A DNA stretch of 60,000 bases. It comes from Lytechinus pictus. Its lineage: Eukaryota. The notes under the pieces are model-generated. The model was not told the origin of the DNA. It was given only the letters and a program-made list of their open reading frames with translations, and ran no database searches. This document shows, piece by piece, positions 36,670 through 51,600 of this stretch (position 1 is its first letter; the number at the start of each line of letters is the position of its first letter). The DNA lies in NCBI RefSeq assembly GCF_037042905.1, contig NC_087251.1, positions 9,798,001 through 9,858,000 on the forward strand, given 5' to 3'. Position numbers and translations under genes: made by a program.

Positions 36670-39600
36670 GTAAGTTTTTGTACTATAAATTGTAATTATG
36701 TATGTTTGTGTTTTCCATGAAAATGTGCTGCGCAGGCTGCTCCCGGTATCTGGCAATGGTATCTCTTCCCGCACACGGCCCGCGCCAATGCGTGGCCGAG
36801 AGGCGAGAGCAAGATCTCGCATCTCGATAATAATACGTTGCATGATTTTGACTGAGGCCCCGAGTTGAGTGACTTTGACTTCAGTCTGAGTCTTGACTTA
36901 ATTGAGAGTTGGACGTGGCAATTTGAACCTCCCGTGCTAATTAATGTTTCACTAAACAGATGTAGGTCTATATGCAAAACTCAGTGCAGGGACCAGGCTG
37001 ACCAGATTTCACAAAATGAAATAGGGCCTACAGCACAATCAACAAAGAAGGCCACAAAGACAGTAGACACGGTGTACTGTTATATACTGTTAGACTTGTG
37101 AAAAAAATATACAGAATTGGGAGGGAGGGCCGAGGGTGAACGTAAGAATGAAGGAGAGAAAGAAACGAGATGAATTGAGACGAAAAAATGAAGGAAAAAA
37201 GAAAAGAAAGTTGTAATAAAACTTAAAGAAGGATTAAATTTAAAAAGAGAAAAAAAGGTTTCCTTCATTCTTTGAATATAGAGGGAAAAAGAAAGGAAGG
37301 GAAGATGAATAAATGTGTGAAAGACAAAGGAGAGAAAGGAAAAAAGAAAGTAAGAAAAAAAGAGGAAAGATAGAATGAAGAAAAGAAAAATGTTTTCTTC
37401 ATTCTTTGAAAGAAACAAACAAAGAAAGAAGAAAACTGGGAGGAAGGAAGGGAAAATTAGAAGGAAAAATAAAAGAAAGGGAGGAGAGAATGAAAAAAAG
37501 AAAATAATGGAAGGAGAGTAAGAACAAAAAGAAAAAGGAGAGGAAGGGAGAAGGAAGCAAAGAAAAGTTTAAGGAAAGAAAGAATGAAGGGATAAAGGAA
37601 ATTTAATAAAGAAGGAAAGTAAGAAAAATGATCAAAGAGAGAGAGAAAAGTTCAGGAAAGAAAGATGGAACAAAAAAGGGCAAGCATTCTGGTGTACACT
37701 GTTTGCAGTGACCATCAGTCAGACTGCAGGTCCGAAGAAAGTGGCTTCTTTCATCCAAGTGATATTCATGACTTGAGATGTTTTGCATATTTAATGAGCT
37801 TGATGCGGACCAAAACACCTCTTTTCATTCGGTCATTGCTGCTCTAATTGTGCATCGAATTTCATGAATTTGGTACCATTGTAAAGAGGAAGAATCATTC
37901 TTTCAGGTCATGTGTTTGGATTTATTCAAAGATTTTGTAATATAGGTTAAAATTTTGATCTAAAATATGCTACAAAATAAATATTTTCACCTGACAAAAG
38001 CTGCTATTTTCACACTTAATTTTTGTTTGAGCCCAAATGATTTTTATATCATGAATGTGATAAAGCTGAATATGTTTGCTTTGAAATGATAGAGGTTTCA
38101 AAATAAGAATTGGTTTAATCGGGTCAAGATCACACTTTTCATTTGCCAAGTACATAAAGCAGTTTGAAGACAAGAATACTGCACTCTGATTGGTCAAAGA
38201 AACCACACAATGGCAAATTCCAACGGTCCTAGTGCCTGGGTTCGTGGGAAGGTCGCACTTCCCATGTGGTAATCTCCTCAAATACCCCGCCCGCGCCTGT
38301 AGTTCTGTGAACCTTATCCAGCCAATCAGAACTCTGGATTTCATGCAAGTACAAAATTTCAGAAATCTCGTCTTGTACCTTGGTGGGAAAAGTGTGATCT
38401 TGACCCGATTAAAAGGTGCCGCATATCAAGGCATTGTGAGAAAGTACAGAAATTCAGCTTTATGGTGATAGAGATATTATTGAGGCTCAAAATAAAAAGT
38501 TTTGCACAATTTACAAAAGAAAACAGGGGAAGAAAGTTTTGAGGCACATTTTCAGGCCAGAAATTTACTTATTTAACAAAATATTGTATACAAAATAAAT
38601 GACCAATATGAAAGAGTAACTTTTACTCTATCTGATAGTGCAATAATATTTCATTTAACTTGAGGTTAAAACAGGTAAATTCTTAGAGAAAGAAAATCTC
38701 ACGAATCACGAGATTTTGCAAGGAGGATGATTCAGCCATGAGATGATTTGGATGAATCTGGCCTTTTTGCTCATTAGCATAGGGACCTGCGGTCTGACTG
38801 CCATGCCTCGATAGCGATCAGGTAGCAGTTATATCTGTGTCATCTCCAGTCTCCTGCACAAATTTTCAAGTGATCGAGATTGGCGTTAATGATCTATCAA
38901 AGCAATCTACAGTCATTGTACGCTGTGGCGTCTGTCGTCCGTCCACAATTTCAAAATGCTACTTCTTCGCCATTTCAAGTCCGATTTCAATTCTGTTTGC
39001 TTTATATGATAGCACTAGGTGGGGGATTCAAAACTTTTACACAGAATTTTGAAATTCATTAAATATGCTAATTTATGCGCATTTTTCAAAATTCACAAAA
39101 AATGCTTCTTTATTTGTGGACCAATTTAGAATTTTTTGCTTCCATCTGGTAGAGCTTTATGAGGCTCACCAAACTTCTACACAGAATTTTGAAATTTCGA
39201 CTAGAACAATTTTTATGCTAATTTATGCATATTTTAAAAAATTCACAAAATGCTTTTTTATTTGTTGACCGATTTTTATTTTATTTTTTGCTTCCATCTG
39301 GTAGAGCTTCATGAGGTTCACCAAACTTTTACACAGAAATTTGAAATTTTGACTAGAACAATTTTTATGCTAATTAAGCGAAATTAATTTATGCATATTT
39401 TTAAAAATTCACATAAAATGCTTCTTTATTTGTTGACCGATATTGATTTTTTTTTTGGAATCTGGTAGAGCTTCATGAGGTTCACCAAACTTCTATACAC
39501 AGAATTATTAAATTTGGAGTAGAAAATTATTTATGCTAATTTATGCGAAAATCATACATCACAGAAAATGCCTCTACTTTATTTGTTGACTGAATTTCAA

Positions 39601-42600
39601 AATGCTTCTTCATCGTCATTTCAAGCATTAGGTGATGATAGCATTAGGTGGAGGATTCAAAACTTCTACACAGAATTTTGAAACTCATTAGATTTTGATT
39701 TTTTTTTTCTTCCATCTGGTAGAACTTCATGAGGTTCACCAAACTTCTACACAGAATTTGGAAATTTTCAGTAGAAAATTATTTATGCTAATTTATGTGA
39801 AATTTATTCATAAATCACAGAAAATGCCTCTTCTTTATTTGTTGACCGATTTTGATTTTTTTTCTTCAATCTGGTAGAGCTGCATGAGGTTCACCAAACT
39901 TGTACACAAAATTTTGTCTAGAAAATTATTTATGCTAATTTATTCAACATTTATTCATAAACCACAAAAAATGTTTTTTCTTCATTTGTTGATCAATTTC
40001 AATTTTGTTTGCTTTATATGATGGCTCGAGGTGGTGATACAAAATTTCAACACAGAATTTTGAAACTCATTAAATATGCTAATTTTATTCATATATTTTC
40101 AAAACTCACAAAAATTACTTATTTATTTGTTGATTGATTTTGATTATTTTTGTTCCATCTGAGAGCTACATGAGGTTCACCAAGGTTCTACACAGAGTTA
40201 AGAAATTTTGACGAGAAAATTATTTATGCTTAACTTATATGAAATTTATTCATAGATCACAAAAAATGCTTCTATGTCATTCATCAATTTCAATTCTATA
40301 TCCTCAATCTATGTCACCAATATAATTCACTACAGTGTCAACTGGACTGAAATTAAAATTGTGTTAAATTTCGTTGCGAGATGCCGGATGAGCTCCACAT
40401 CATTGATGTGCTAGTTAACACTTTATATATTTGCTTATAAGAAAGAAAAATCAAGTGAAAAAAATGTGAGCATTGTAATCATCAGTTCATGAATTATTGG
40501 TGGAAACACAAGTTATCATACCTAACATAGCTGGCTGTTTGTGTTTACAACATGTACACGACCAAAAAACATGCCGTGTACACGTGCATCAAAAATGGAC
40601 TTTCAAAACGGGCCTAATACCAACCTTGAGTAATACCACATGTGTGTCCATGACATGATGGGTCAAAGGTCATCTAGGGGTCAGAAGGTTGAATGATTTA
40701 ATGTCACCTCCATTTTTTAAATTCTTTGTGCAACTTGCTCTTATTTCTTAATTTCTGCATCAATTTTAATCACACTTGGTTCAAATGATCCTTGGGTAAT
40801 ACCACACATGAGTTTGTGAGGATGATAAGGTTAATTGTCATTTAAGGGTCAAAAGGTCAAGGTTTTTTGTTCAAATTGCTTTTATTTCTGCATCAATTGT
40901 GTTTACCTTTGGTACAATAATCCAGGGCTCCACACTAACCCATTTTTTCTACTGGTCCAACCTATTCATGTCGGACCAGTAGATACCCAGTTTTTCAAAT
41001 TTTTACTTGTCCGAACCTAAAATCTACTGGTCCCAAAAAATAAAGAAAACATTAAAAAAAGGCGCAAGTTTATTTTTCTAGCCTTTCGTTCCCCCCCCCC
41101 CAAATAAAATGAAGGAATGAAGGACAAAAAGAAAGCAAGACAGAAACGAAGAAAGAAAGAAAGAAAGAAAGAAAAGAATAAAAGAAAGGAAGGAAGGAAG
41201 AAAAAAAGAAAAGGTAAAGAAAGGATAGATGTGAAGGAAGGAAAAAAAGAAAGAACTAAAGAAGGAAAGGAAGGAAGGAAAAAAGAAGGAACAAAAATAA
41301 AGAAAGAAAGAAAGAAAGAAAGAGAGAAAGAAAAGAAAAAAAGAAATGAAGGAAAGAAATGAAGCAAGCAATACAGAAAGAAAGAACAAATCCAGTAAGT
41401 AGTAAAGGAAAGAAAGAAGAAGCAATAAAAAAGAAAGGGTAAAAGGAGAGATGGAAAGAAGGTCAAAATAAAGAAAGAGAGGAAGGAAGGATTGAAAGAA
41501 GGAAGAAATAAAGGAAAGGTAAAATGATAGATAAGAAGGAAAGAAATAAAGGAAGGGAAGGAAAGAAACAAGCAATATAAAAAAAGAGAGAAAAGAATAG
41601 ATGAAAGGAAGAAAAAAAGAAAGACTGAGAGACAAAGAAAGGAAGGAATGAAATAATAAAGGAGAGAAAGGAAGCAAGCAGTCAAAAAAAAGAAAGGAAA
41701 GGTAAAAGGATAGATTTAACAAAGGGGAAAAGGAAAGAACAAGACATATATAAGAAAGGAAGGAATGAATGTAAGAAAGAGAGAAAAGGTTGGAAGAAGA
41801 AAGAAATAAAAAACAACAAGAAAGGGTAAATAAATGATGGATGGAAGGAAGAAAGAAACAAAGAAAGTAACAAAGAATGAAGGAAAGAAAAGGGTAAAAA
41901 GAAGGAAAGAAAGGAATGAGAGAAGAGATGAATATAGGATGGATGGACTCAAGAATTAAAGAAAAATATCAAAAAGAAAGAAAGGAAGGAAGGGAGAAAG
42001 GAAGGAAGGAAGAAAGAAAGGAAGAAAGAAAGAAATAAAGAGAAAAAAGAAATAGAGAAAAATATTTTTAAAAGGAAAGAAAGAACAAATTAAAGAAAAA
42101 AGGGAAATTAAAAAAGAAAGACGGTAAAAAAAAAATGAAAGAAAAGAGGGAAGAAACAAAAAAAGATTGAAAAGAAAGAAGGAAAGAAAGATAGGAAGAA
42201 AACAGAGGAAGAAAGCTAAAACTATCATCAAATAATTTATCAGTTTCTTTTTGGCTCAATTAAAATAACTACGAAAGAAAGTCAGAAACCAAGTGTATCA
42301 ACACACACATAAATGCATATGTGGGGCTATTATGTATTCAGAAGATATCACCCGAAACCCGATCTGTTTGAACCAAAACAGAAGTGAAAATTTCTCCTTT
42401 TACTGCTTACAAATGACAGAGTTACTCCAATTTTTAGGAAATATGGACATTATAAGAGCCTTTCATGAGTATGAACTGTGAATTTTTACAGTTCTGTGAG
42501 AGATTTCTGCCAGAGTTTAACCAAGCTTCGTTCGCGCAGCGAGTAGAGAATTTACCACGTGGGTTGTGTGGCTGGCTACATGTACACTGTATGCTACTCT

Positions 42601-45600
42601 AGTGTGTGTATTCTATGTGTGAATGACAGAATTTAAGGGGGGAAATAGTTTGCAGTGAATTTGACAATTTCTGGAAAAGTTATTGGCCCAACAGTGGATT
42701 GTATTAGTGGTCATGTCGGACCCTTAAATCTTGCTATTTTTGGAAAAATTACTGGCCCGAAAATGATATTTTTTACTGGTCATGTCGGACCAGTAAATCT
42801 TCCTATTTCTGAAAATCTACTGGCCCGACAGCGATTTTTACCGGTCTGGGACCGTCGGACCGCCGCTAGTGTCGAGCCCTGAATAATCATTGTGTGTTTA
42901 TGAGGATGATAAGGTCAAAGGTCATCTAGGGGTCAAATTTTGTTGGTCGCAAAACCAGGCGAGACTCGTTTCGTGAACCGCCTTGTTTATTTATGAACCC
43001 ATGTATATAATAAACTCATACGTTTCAGTCATTGGCTGCTGTATGTGTATCACTTTTATTATTTTAAATAAATAAACTATGAATATGTCATGATATCATT
43101 CTGACAAGGACTGTATTTTTTTTCTCCTCAGCGGCACTGCTCACAGCTGAGTATGTGACAGGAAAGGTCAAAGTTGAATGGGGGACTTCTAATACCCTCA
43201 AGCTCTCTGAGTAAGTTATTTCCTTAATGTTTCTATTCTATAATTATGTTTTGACTGTCTTGAACCTTCAAGACATCTCTTTCAGCAGCTCCTAAACTAT
43301 CCAAGGATGAAGAGATGTGAGATGCAATGATGAAGTAAATTGTAACTTTACATGTATGTTCACATCAGATCGATACTTTGATCTGAGATGATTTATTTTT
43401 GAAGAAAAAATGTGAATGTCTTCACTCTTCAGACATCACATGCATTATGCATAAAATTCATATAAAATATGACAGCCTTTTCCAAATTAGTACAACTTTC
43501 TCCACTCTATTAATCTTCCTATCAATCCTATTACCAACAATTTTAAGCCCTTTTATAAAGGAATGTTTTTTGTCGCATATAACATTATACTCTCCTTAAT
43601 AAACCTAGTTAAAAAAACTGTACTGTTAACCAATTTGATGATGTATTGCAGTGCTGTGACCTTGACATCATCTACTGCCATCAGTCGTTACTTGGCCAGG
43701 ACTTCTCCAGGTAGTGGTCTTTATGGTAAGACTAGCCTGGAAGCAGCTGAGGTGAGTGTTCCAATGATGAAGATTCAGTTGATCAAAGTCATCAAATTTG
43801 TGGAAATAGGCTATTTGCTTTAATTTTTAGATGAAACTTTTTACATTGTGGAAATAGTGTTTAAAATGCTGTATGTAGCAGATTTGTAAAAAAAAAAAAT
43901 AATAATAATAATTTTAGGTCGCTGTCACACCTAGAATTTTTAGCCACTGTTCATGTACCAACGTTCTGTAGGCTGGCCAAATTTTTACTCCTCAGATCGA
44001 ATTTCAATTTGATACAACACAAAATATGAAGAATTCAAGATCTTTATGAAGAATAAGTTTTGTATACAGGCAATTCTTGTTATCAAGTAAAAATGGGATT
44101 CAGAAATCAGCTTTCAATAGCCTTTGTATGCTGTCATACGCTGGCTAATACATTCAGGTGTGATATCCCCTGTTCAGTCCTTCATTATTCTTAAAAATCT
44201 AAAAACCATACTGGTGTGTGACCTTAAAGGAGAATGAAACTCTTGGAGCAAGTTAGCTTATGTGAAAGCAGAAAAATCAAAGAATAAGATCAACAAAACT
44301 TTGAGTAAAATAGGACTAGCAATAAAAGAGTTATGAGCATTTGAATGTCGAGATCACTAATGCTATGGAGATCCTCCTATTGGCAATGCGACCAAGATCT
44401 GTGATGTCACACACGTACAACTCTCCCATTTGGACACTGAAAATATACCCCAAAACATCTCTTTTTGCTCATTCTAATCATATGACAAACGATTCATCAA
44501 TGATATAATGTTGTGAAACCTCTGTACTTGTCATCTTATAAAGAGAACACATCACCTTGTGATAGACTCTATAAAAGTGAGAATATAAGTGAAATAAGTA
44601 CTAAAGTAATGAGGGAGTTGTACGTGTGTGATATCACAGATCTTGGTCGCATTGCCGATGGGAGGATCTACATGGCACTAGTGATCTCAATATTCAAATG
44701 CTCATAACTTTCTTATTATTCATTCAATCTTCCTCAAACTTTCAACAATATGTTTCTTTGATTTTTCTCTTTGATATGGATTCAGCTGGTTTCAAGGGTT
44801 TCATTCTCCTTTAAGTTCACAGGCTAGATATTTGTACATTCCCATTATCAAACAATTTAAGATACTTCTCATCAGATAATTGTCTCTTGAACTTCTAAAT
44901 GTATATGAAGCTAATATGTAGTTATTTCAGTCCAAGTCATACACACTGTTTTTTGGGGGGGAGCAGTGCTATTTTTGTTGTTGCTTCATTTGTTTATTTT
45001 TCTTTCTACGACATCAGGTTGACCACTGGTTGGACTTTGCTAACATCCGTGTGGGGTCATCCTCGGACTTCAACCAAGCTGTGGTCTACCTGGATAAGAT
45101 CCTTGGCCCTAGAACGTTTCTGGTCGGACATGAGTTGACCATTGCTGATCTTGCTGTTTGGGGTGCCCTTAAAGGTAATTCAAGCGACTTTTCTTTTTAA
45201 ATGATTTCAGTTAAACCATTATTCAATGAGAGTGATCAATTTTTTGTATTTGAAACGTCTCTGTATGCAGTTTTTTTGTGTGCAGTTGTTTCTATGTTTG
45301 GTTGGTGGATTTTTTTTTGTGGGGTGTTGCAAAAAAATTGCGATCAATTATAAGTCAAATTAAGGTTCTAAAATCATTCATAAGGTTTGAAATTAATTCA
45401 ACAATCCCTCATTTGTTTTAGCAAAGATACTTTACCTCCATGGTACATTTACATGGCTCAATGCGTCATCCATAACTGTGGAATTAATTGTTATTCCAAC
45501 ATTGACAACAACCTGGCACCCTCAAGAAGTTCAGAAGTATGAATGATATTTTTAATGAATGATTGACAATCTTCAGTTACAAGCTTGTTCATGTTTGGCT

Positions 45601-48600
45601 TATGTTAATGAAACAACATAATAACATTATAACTTCAGAACATTGAAAGTAAAATCTATCAAATATGGTCCGAACAATTAAATTAAGTAAAAAGAAGTGC
45701 AAATGATGAATGATGTTCCTGATAAATTGGAGTTAATACTGTAATGTCTTTTTTGGTATATTCTATTTTAAAAGGGAGTAATCCCTTCAGTAAGATGACG
45801 TCCCAAGGGAAAGCTCCTACCAATGTGATGCGATGGTTTAGCTTTTTAGCATCTCAGGATCAGTTTCAGAAGGTCATCAATGCCCTACCAGAGTCTGCTA
45901 AACAAGAGCTAAGTGTATGTATCTCTTTAATAATCTATATCAAAGGGTGTGTATCACAAAGGTTTAAAGTGGAGTTAACCATACTGTTAGGTGCCAGTGC
46001 ACGTCATTGTCAATGTTATTTCATTGATGACTACTTTCAAAGTGATTGGTGTAAATTCACACAATTAGGTGTATGTGTATGCAATTAATAGCATAGGACT
46101 TAGCATATGATGGTAACTCCAACTTAACTTAATGTGAAGCAAGCCTCTCCCCTAGGTTTTGATTAAAGAAATTGTAATAATTGATCATAAAACATGCACA
46201 TGTGAGTAGATTGTTGGTGATTAGTTAACAATATTTAAAAAAACCAGGAATTGTGCTTAATTCTTTGATGGTGCAGAAATTTTGGATGTGTCGATAAGCC
46301 TTTTTTTATGAAATTGTATTTTGAAGTTCAACACAGAGAGTCTATTTATTATAGTGAAAGGATCAAACACTTGTTATTTGCTATTTTATAGGATCCATTA
46401 CTGGGTTGGGTAGGAAACCTGATTATCATAAATCTTGTTTACATAGAAATTCTATCATCAGAATGGATTACTGCACCTGTTTTGTATTGACCTTGAACTA
46501 CAGTGAAATGAGGGTGGGTGCCTTTTTACATCACTATCATTACAGAACATATGGAAGCTCTAGAGAATTATAATGGAAGCGTGCACATATCATGATGTAA
46601 AAAAACCTCAAATCTATTAAATAAGGTCACACTGAAATTTTCCAGCCTGTAATGCTGGCAAAATTTAGATTGTATTTCATACAGGAATGTATGAAGAAGA
46701 GATCATAGTTCTGAAGAGAGTTTTAGCATGTTCGCTTTCAAGATCGAGGTTAAAAATGTTCAAAGATAGTTCCCTATCTGAATAGTACATGAGGTCTGAT
46801 ACTGATAACTACATTTTCATCAAAACTTTGTTGATTTTAACAGAGATCACATGATGTGAGTAAAACAGACTAATATGATTTTAACACTTTAAATGTGCTT
46901 CATCATTGAAATGAAATTTATATTCTTTCATGTAAAGCAAGTCCATTGCCATGCAGTTTTACAGTTTTAAAAAGATTTTGCAGTGTTTAAAGTTTCATTG
47001 TTGAATATTGCTGATGAAGATTGTATTGTTTTCAGGAACCCAGTATTTTTCCTTCAGCTAAACCATCACATTTTCTTGTCATTTTTGCTGTCATATTGTG
47101 TCAAATTAGTTTCAGCAAGTCTTTGTGATATACATGTAAATACAAACTCCCATGCTTTTTTTGCATCCTTTTTTTTTCTGATTCCATCCAAAATATTTTT
47201 GATTAATTTTTAGGAAACCTTTGCTTCCTGGTTGTAATGACTCGTCTACCTGAAATTTTAGCACAGTGATATTCCCTCCCTCTTTTTTTCTTGTTCTGTT
47301 ATTTTTTTAAATTCATCATATCTGTTATGTTCATTGTTAAATATCATCTCGTTTTGATTAGAAAGATTGTAATTTTCCTGAATTCAATAAATTCAATTGC
47401 TTTGTTCCTTTTTTACCGAATGATGCTTCCATTTCATATCCTCATTTGTAACAGCAAAGAATGAGTTAATGTTCATTGTTATGTTGTCTGTTCATTGTTG
47501 ATCTTTTATTTTGCTTCAAACTCCTATTCATCTTTAAGCTTCAATGACATGTTGTCCATCATATTTTGAACTTTTCAAGTATTTTATGAAATTAGCTAGC
47601 TGATATACAGTTTAAACATTAATAACAAGTGTTTCTGTAGCGGACTTGGAATACACACTACAGTATATCAATGATCATTTACCCTTAATTTAAAAAAAAC
47701 ATTCAGAAATTTATTTCAATTTGCTAGTTTAGTAGATGTATTTAAAATCATGATTGAAGAAAATAGTCTTTGAATAATTCTTTGAAAATTGTACTAGAAT
47801 GTCTATTCTTCAATATTTTTCCAATACTATAACTGGGTCGTAGGTCATTTTTTTAAAAAGATTTTTTCATTCCTTAACATTCATGTAAATAAATTAAACA
47901 CACTAATCCAAACAGTTTTTAAAACAGTATCCTTAAGAAATCATTTTTTTGATAATACATGTAGTATGAAATGATCTATTGTTGAATATTTATGTTGATT
48001 TCAGAGCAAGAAGAAGGATGTAGGAGGGTATGTAGAACTACCAGGAGCTGAGATGGGCAAGGTTGTAGTCAGGTTTCCACCAGAGGCTAGTGGGTGAGTA
48101 CATCACAGACTTACACCCTTGACTGAAGAACATATTTAATATTGAATTTTTTTAGAGGTTTATGTCAACACCAAATTAGAACAAATAACGCTGCATCTTA
48201 TGTAGTTCATTCAGTGAAGTCTTGTAAGTAACTTCAGCTTCAGTAAATGTTTTGCAATGTTTATGTGACAATGGGTCTTGTACAGAATTTGTGTCCTTGT
48301 CTAATATGATAATACACAGTGTATTTACAGCAAACATCATTAACATTGTTGCACTTCCATGAACATGTATTAAAGAAATAGTACTATCAACTGCAATTTG
48401 GTAAAGTACTTTTCAATCAGGAGTGCTTCGCTAACTAGTCATTTTACTAGAATGCAGCTTATTTTATGTTTACCTTGGTCTATATCATTATTTTATTCAG
48501 AAAGACCTTTTTTCTTTTACCTAGATCTCCTTGAAAATTTCATATTTATTATCCATATTTCTCCTATATAGATATCTGCATATAGGGCATGCTAAGGCAG

Positions 48601-51600
48601 CCCTATTGAATCAGTATTACCAGTTGGCCTTTGAAGGAAAGTTAATCATGAGGTTTGATGATACCAACCCTGCTAAGGAAAATGCTGAGTTTGAAAAGGT
48701 CAGTTTTGTTTCATTTTCTTTTTTATTATTCTGCTGAGCTTGTGACAATCTCATTATAAAGTAGAAGAATACTCATTTTCAGCATGTAATGGAACACATT
48801 TAAAGGTTCTTTCAAATACCTGTAGTTAACTGGGAAGTCCACCTAGATTTGATTAAAGCAGAAAAACATAAGAAACATAGTAGTGAAGGTTCGGAAGTAA
48901 TCCATAAAAAATACAGATATTGATTTTTACAGTTTTAATCAATGAATATTTAGTTATGATCTAGTAATTCATAAGAAGTTATTTTTTCCCTGTCATGTTA
49001 CTGTTGCCATGCTTGTACATCTGTTTCCTTTGATCTAACTGGTCTAAATCTGTTATGAGCATACACTGTACAATTCCAAGGTGATGGTCAAAGTACGATT
49101 GTCAAGGATCATCACTCTATGTATCAAACCATGTATTCCTAATTGTTTCTTCTTATAATCTCATTTCTCAGGTTAACTTTCAGAATTCAGAAGTAATAAC
49201 TGTCAGTTATAACCAGATTATTCTTACATTTATTTTTCCCTTCAGGTTATCCTACAAGATGTAGCCATGCTTGGGATCAAGCCAGACATCTTCACCCATA
49301 CATCTGATTCCTTTGATCTGATCCAATCCTACGCTGAGAAGTTGATCAAAGAAGGCAAAGCCTATTGTGACAATACTGACCCTGAGCTTATGAAGAAGGA
49401 GAGGGAGCAGAGGACATACTCAAAGAACTATGATAATTGTAAGTATCATCTGCATGTTTTCATAATGGGAAGAACTGTGAGGTTTGTGTGTTTGACCTAG
49501 TTCCTTGCAATTGGCATTTATCTCTCCCCCTGACTCAATGATGAATATTGATAATTGTATACAAGTTTATTTACTATGAAAGAAGTATGCTGTGACAGAA
49601 CTAATGATCAAGATTGTATGATACACTTATTTTCATTTTATTAGTTATATAACAATTTTTATAAGTATCAAGACTATACAATATACTGCTATTTTCATTT
49701 TATTATCAGCTATAAATTCGAATTTTCAAGCTTATTTGAAAAATATTCTAAGAGTTTCTATAATGCTTTATATGATTTATGAATATATTTTCCAACCGAT
49801 GAAACATTAAAAAATAACATAATAATTGCTATTTAAAAAAAATAGTATGATCATATAAGGGAATACTTTGTTTCTGTCCAGCTGTGGAAAAGAATTTAGA
49901 GATTTGGAAAGAAATGGTGAAGGGAAGTGATGTAGGGCAGAAATGCTGTCTTCGACTTAAGATTGATATGAAGTCAGACAATGGCTGTCTCAGGGATCCA
50001 ACTATCTACCGCTGCAAGAATGAGGTCCATGTACGCACTGGTACCAAGTACAAGTAAGTGGTCTAATTATCTCAACATTTAAAAAGAAGATGTAATGCAC
50101 ATGAGTTCACACTCATTGATTATCTTACAACTGGTTCAAAATTTATATTTTTTACCATACATCATATGACGGAAGTTAGGGAAAAAGGGAAATATGTTGT
50201 TTGTTCCACTGACATTAGCCCCTGTGGAAACCCTTTATATTAAGCCAATCACATATCCTCACCTCATATGATATACTTTTCTCATCTTTATACTCAAATT
50301 ATTTGTAACCACAACTTGTTCATAACCCCAACATTTATCTTTATATCATATCTTTGGTGAAAATAGCAGGTTTTGTCACTGGAGCAGATTGGTAAAAAAA
50401 AAAGTATTGTACACAGTGTTACATACCTCCCTTATTTGTAAATCATAACTTGCAGATGTCATGAATTTCAAATTGAGATACACACAAATCATAATTCTGA
50501 TAATCATATTATGTGATTTATAATGCACCCCCATAAAATATGATCATTCCTACAGGGTGTATCCAACGTATGACTTTGCTTGTCCAATCGTCGATAGCGT
50601 CGAGGGAGTAACTCATGCATTACGTACAACTGAATACCATGACAGAGATCCACAGTTTGATTTCATCATTGATGTCTTAGGTTTGCGTAAACCTCATGTA
50701 TGGGAGTATAGTAGACTCAACCTACAGCATACCCTACTCTCCAAGCGGAAGCTCACTTGGTTTGTTGACAATGGATTGGTAGATGGATGGTAAGTGAAAT
50801 CATTTGCACTTCAGGTAAATTTTAGTATAAAAGTCAGTGAACCTAAATTGATTTATTTAATCTGAAATAATTCAATGAAATACCAATGCTGTAAGAGTAA
50901 TTTTCTTTAGTTGAGGAATTCCACTTAAATTCCCAATTCTTTTGGATAAGTACATCTTCAAACATGCTACAGCACACTCTTCTCTTCCGAATGTTGAGTT
51001 ATTTGTGCCAAATGATGTGATCCAATGGGTTATCTAAAAATGATTTCCATCTTGCTACTGGATACATTGGTTATCTGTTTAAAAAAACTAACTATTTTGT
51101 CTCTATTTCTGGAAAGACAACATCCTGAGTATATAACTACAGAATTATAAAGCTCCCAGAAAGGTTCCTGATCAACACAACAATACAAACAGTATTGCAT
51201 CGTTTAATTATTTGTTTGTTTTAATGCTTTTTTCACTCAGGGATGACCCTCGATTCCCAACAGTACGTGGTATCTTAAGAAGAGGTATGACTGTAGAAGG
51301 GCTGAAGCTGTTCATCAATGCTCAGGTATTTACAGAGTTGAGATTTCTTTAGAGAGACCAAGAGAGAGAAAGAAAGACAGAGGGTGTGAAGGAGGGTGGG
51401 TGGAGAGTGGAGTTGTTGAAATCTACACAGAAATATTTTAGAGACTGCTTGTACATGTTTCTTTGACAGCTTGCCTATGAGAGGGAAAGAGATGAGTAAA
51501 GGGGAATTTTTTTTTTCAGGTCAAAAAAGAAATAATGAATAGAAAGATTTTAGGATTGGATATGAGCAAAAGGATGGATGAAGGACAGAGAGAGGAGTAT

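Noticed and set aside
41017..42259. Long Phe/Leu/Ser-rich and Lys/Glu-rich ORFs
   Set aside because: Translations of the low-complexity purine tract.
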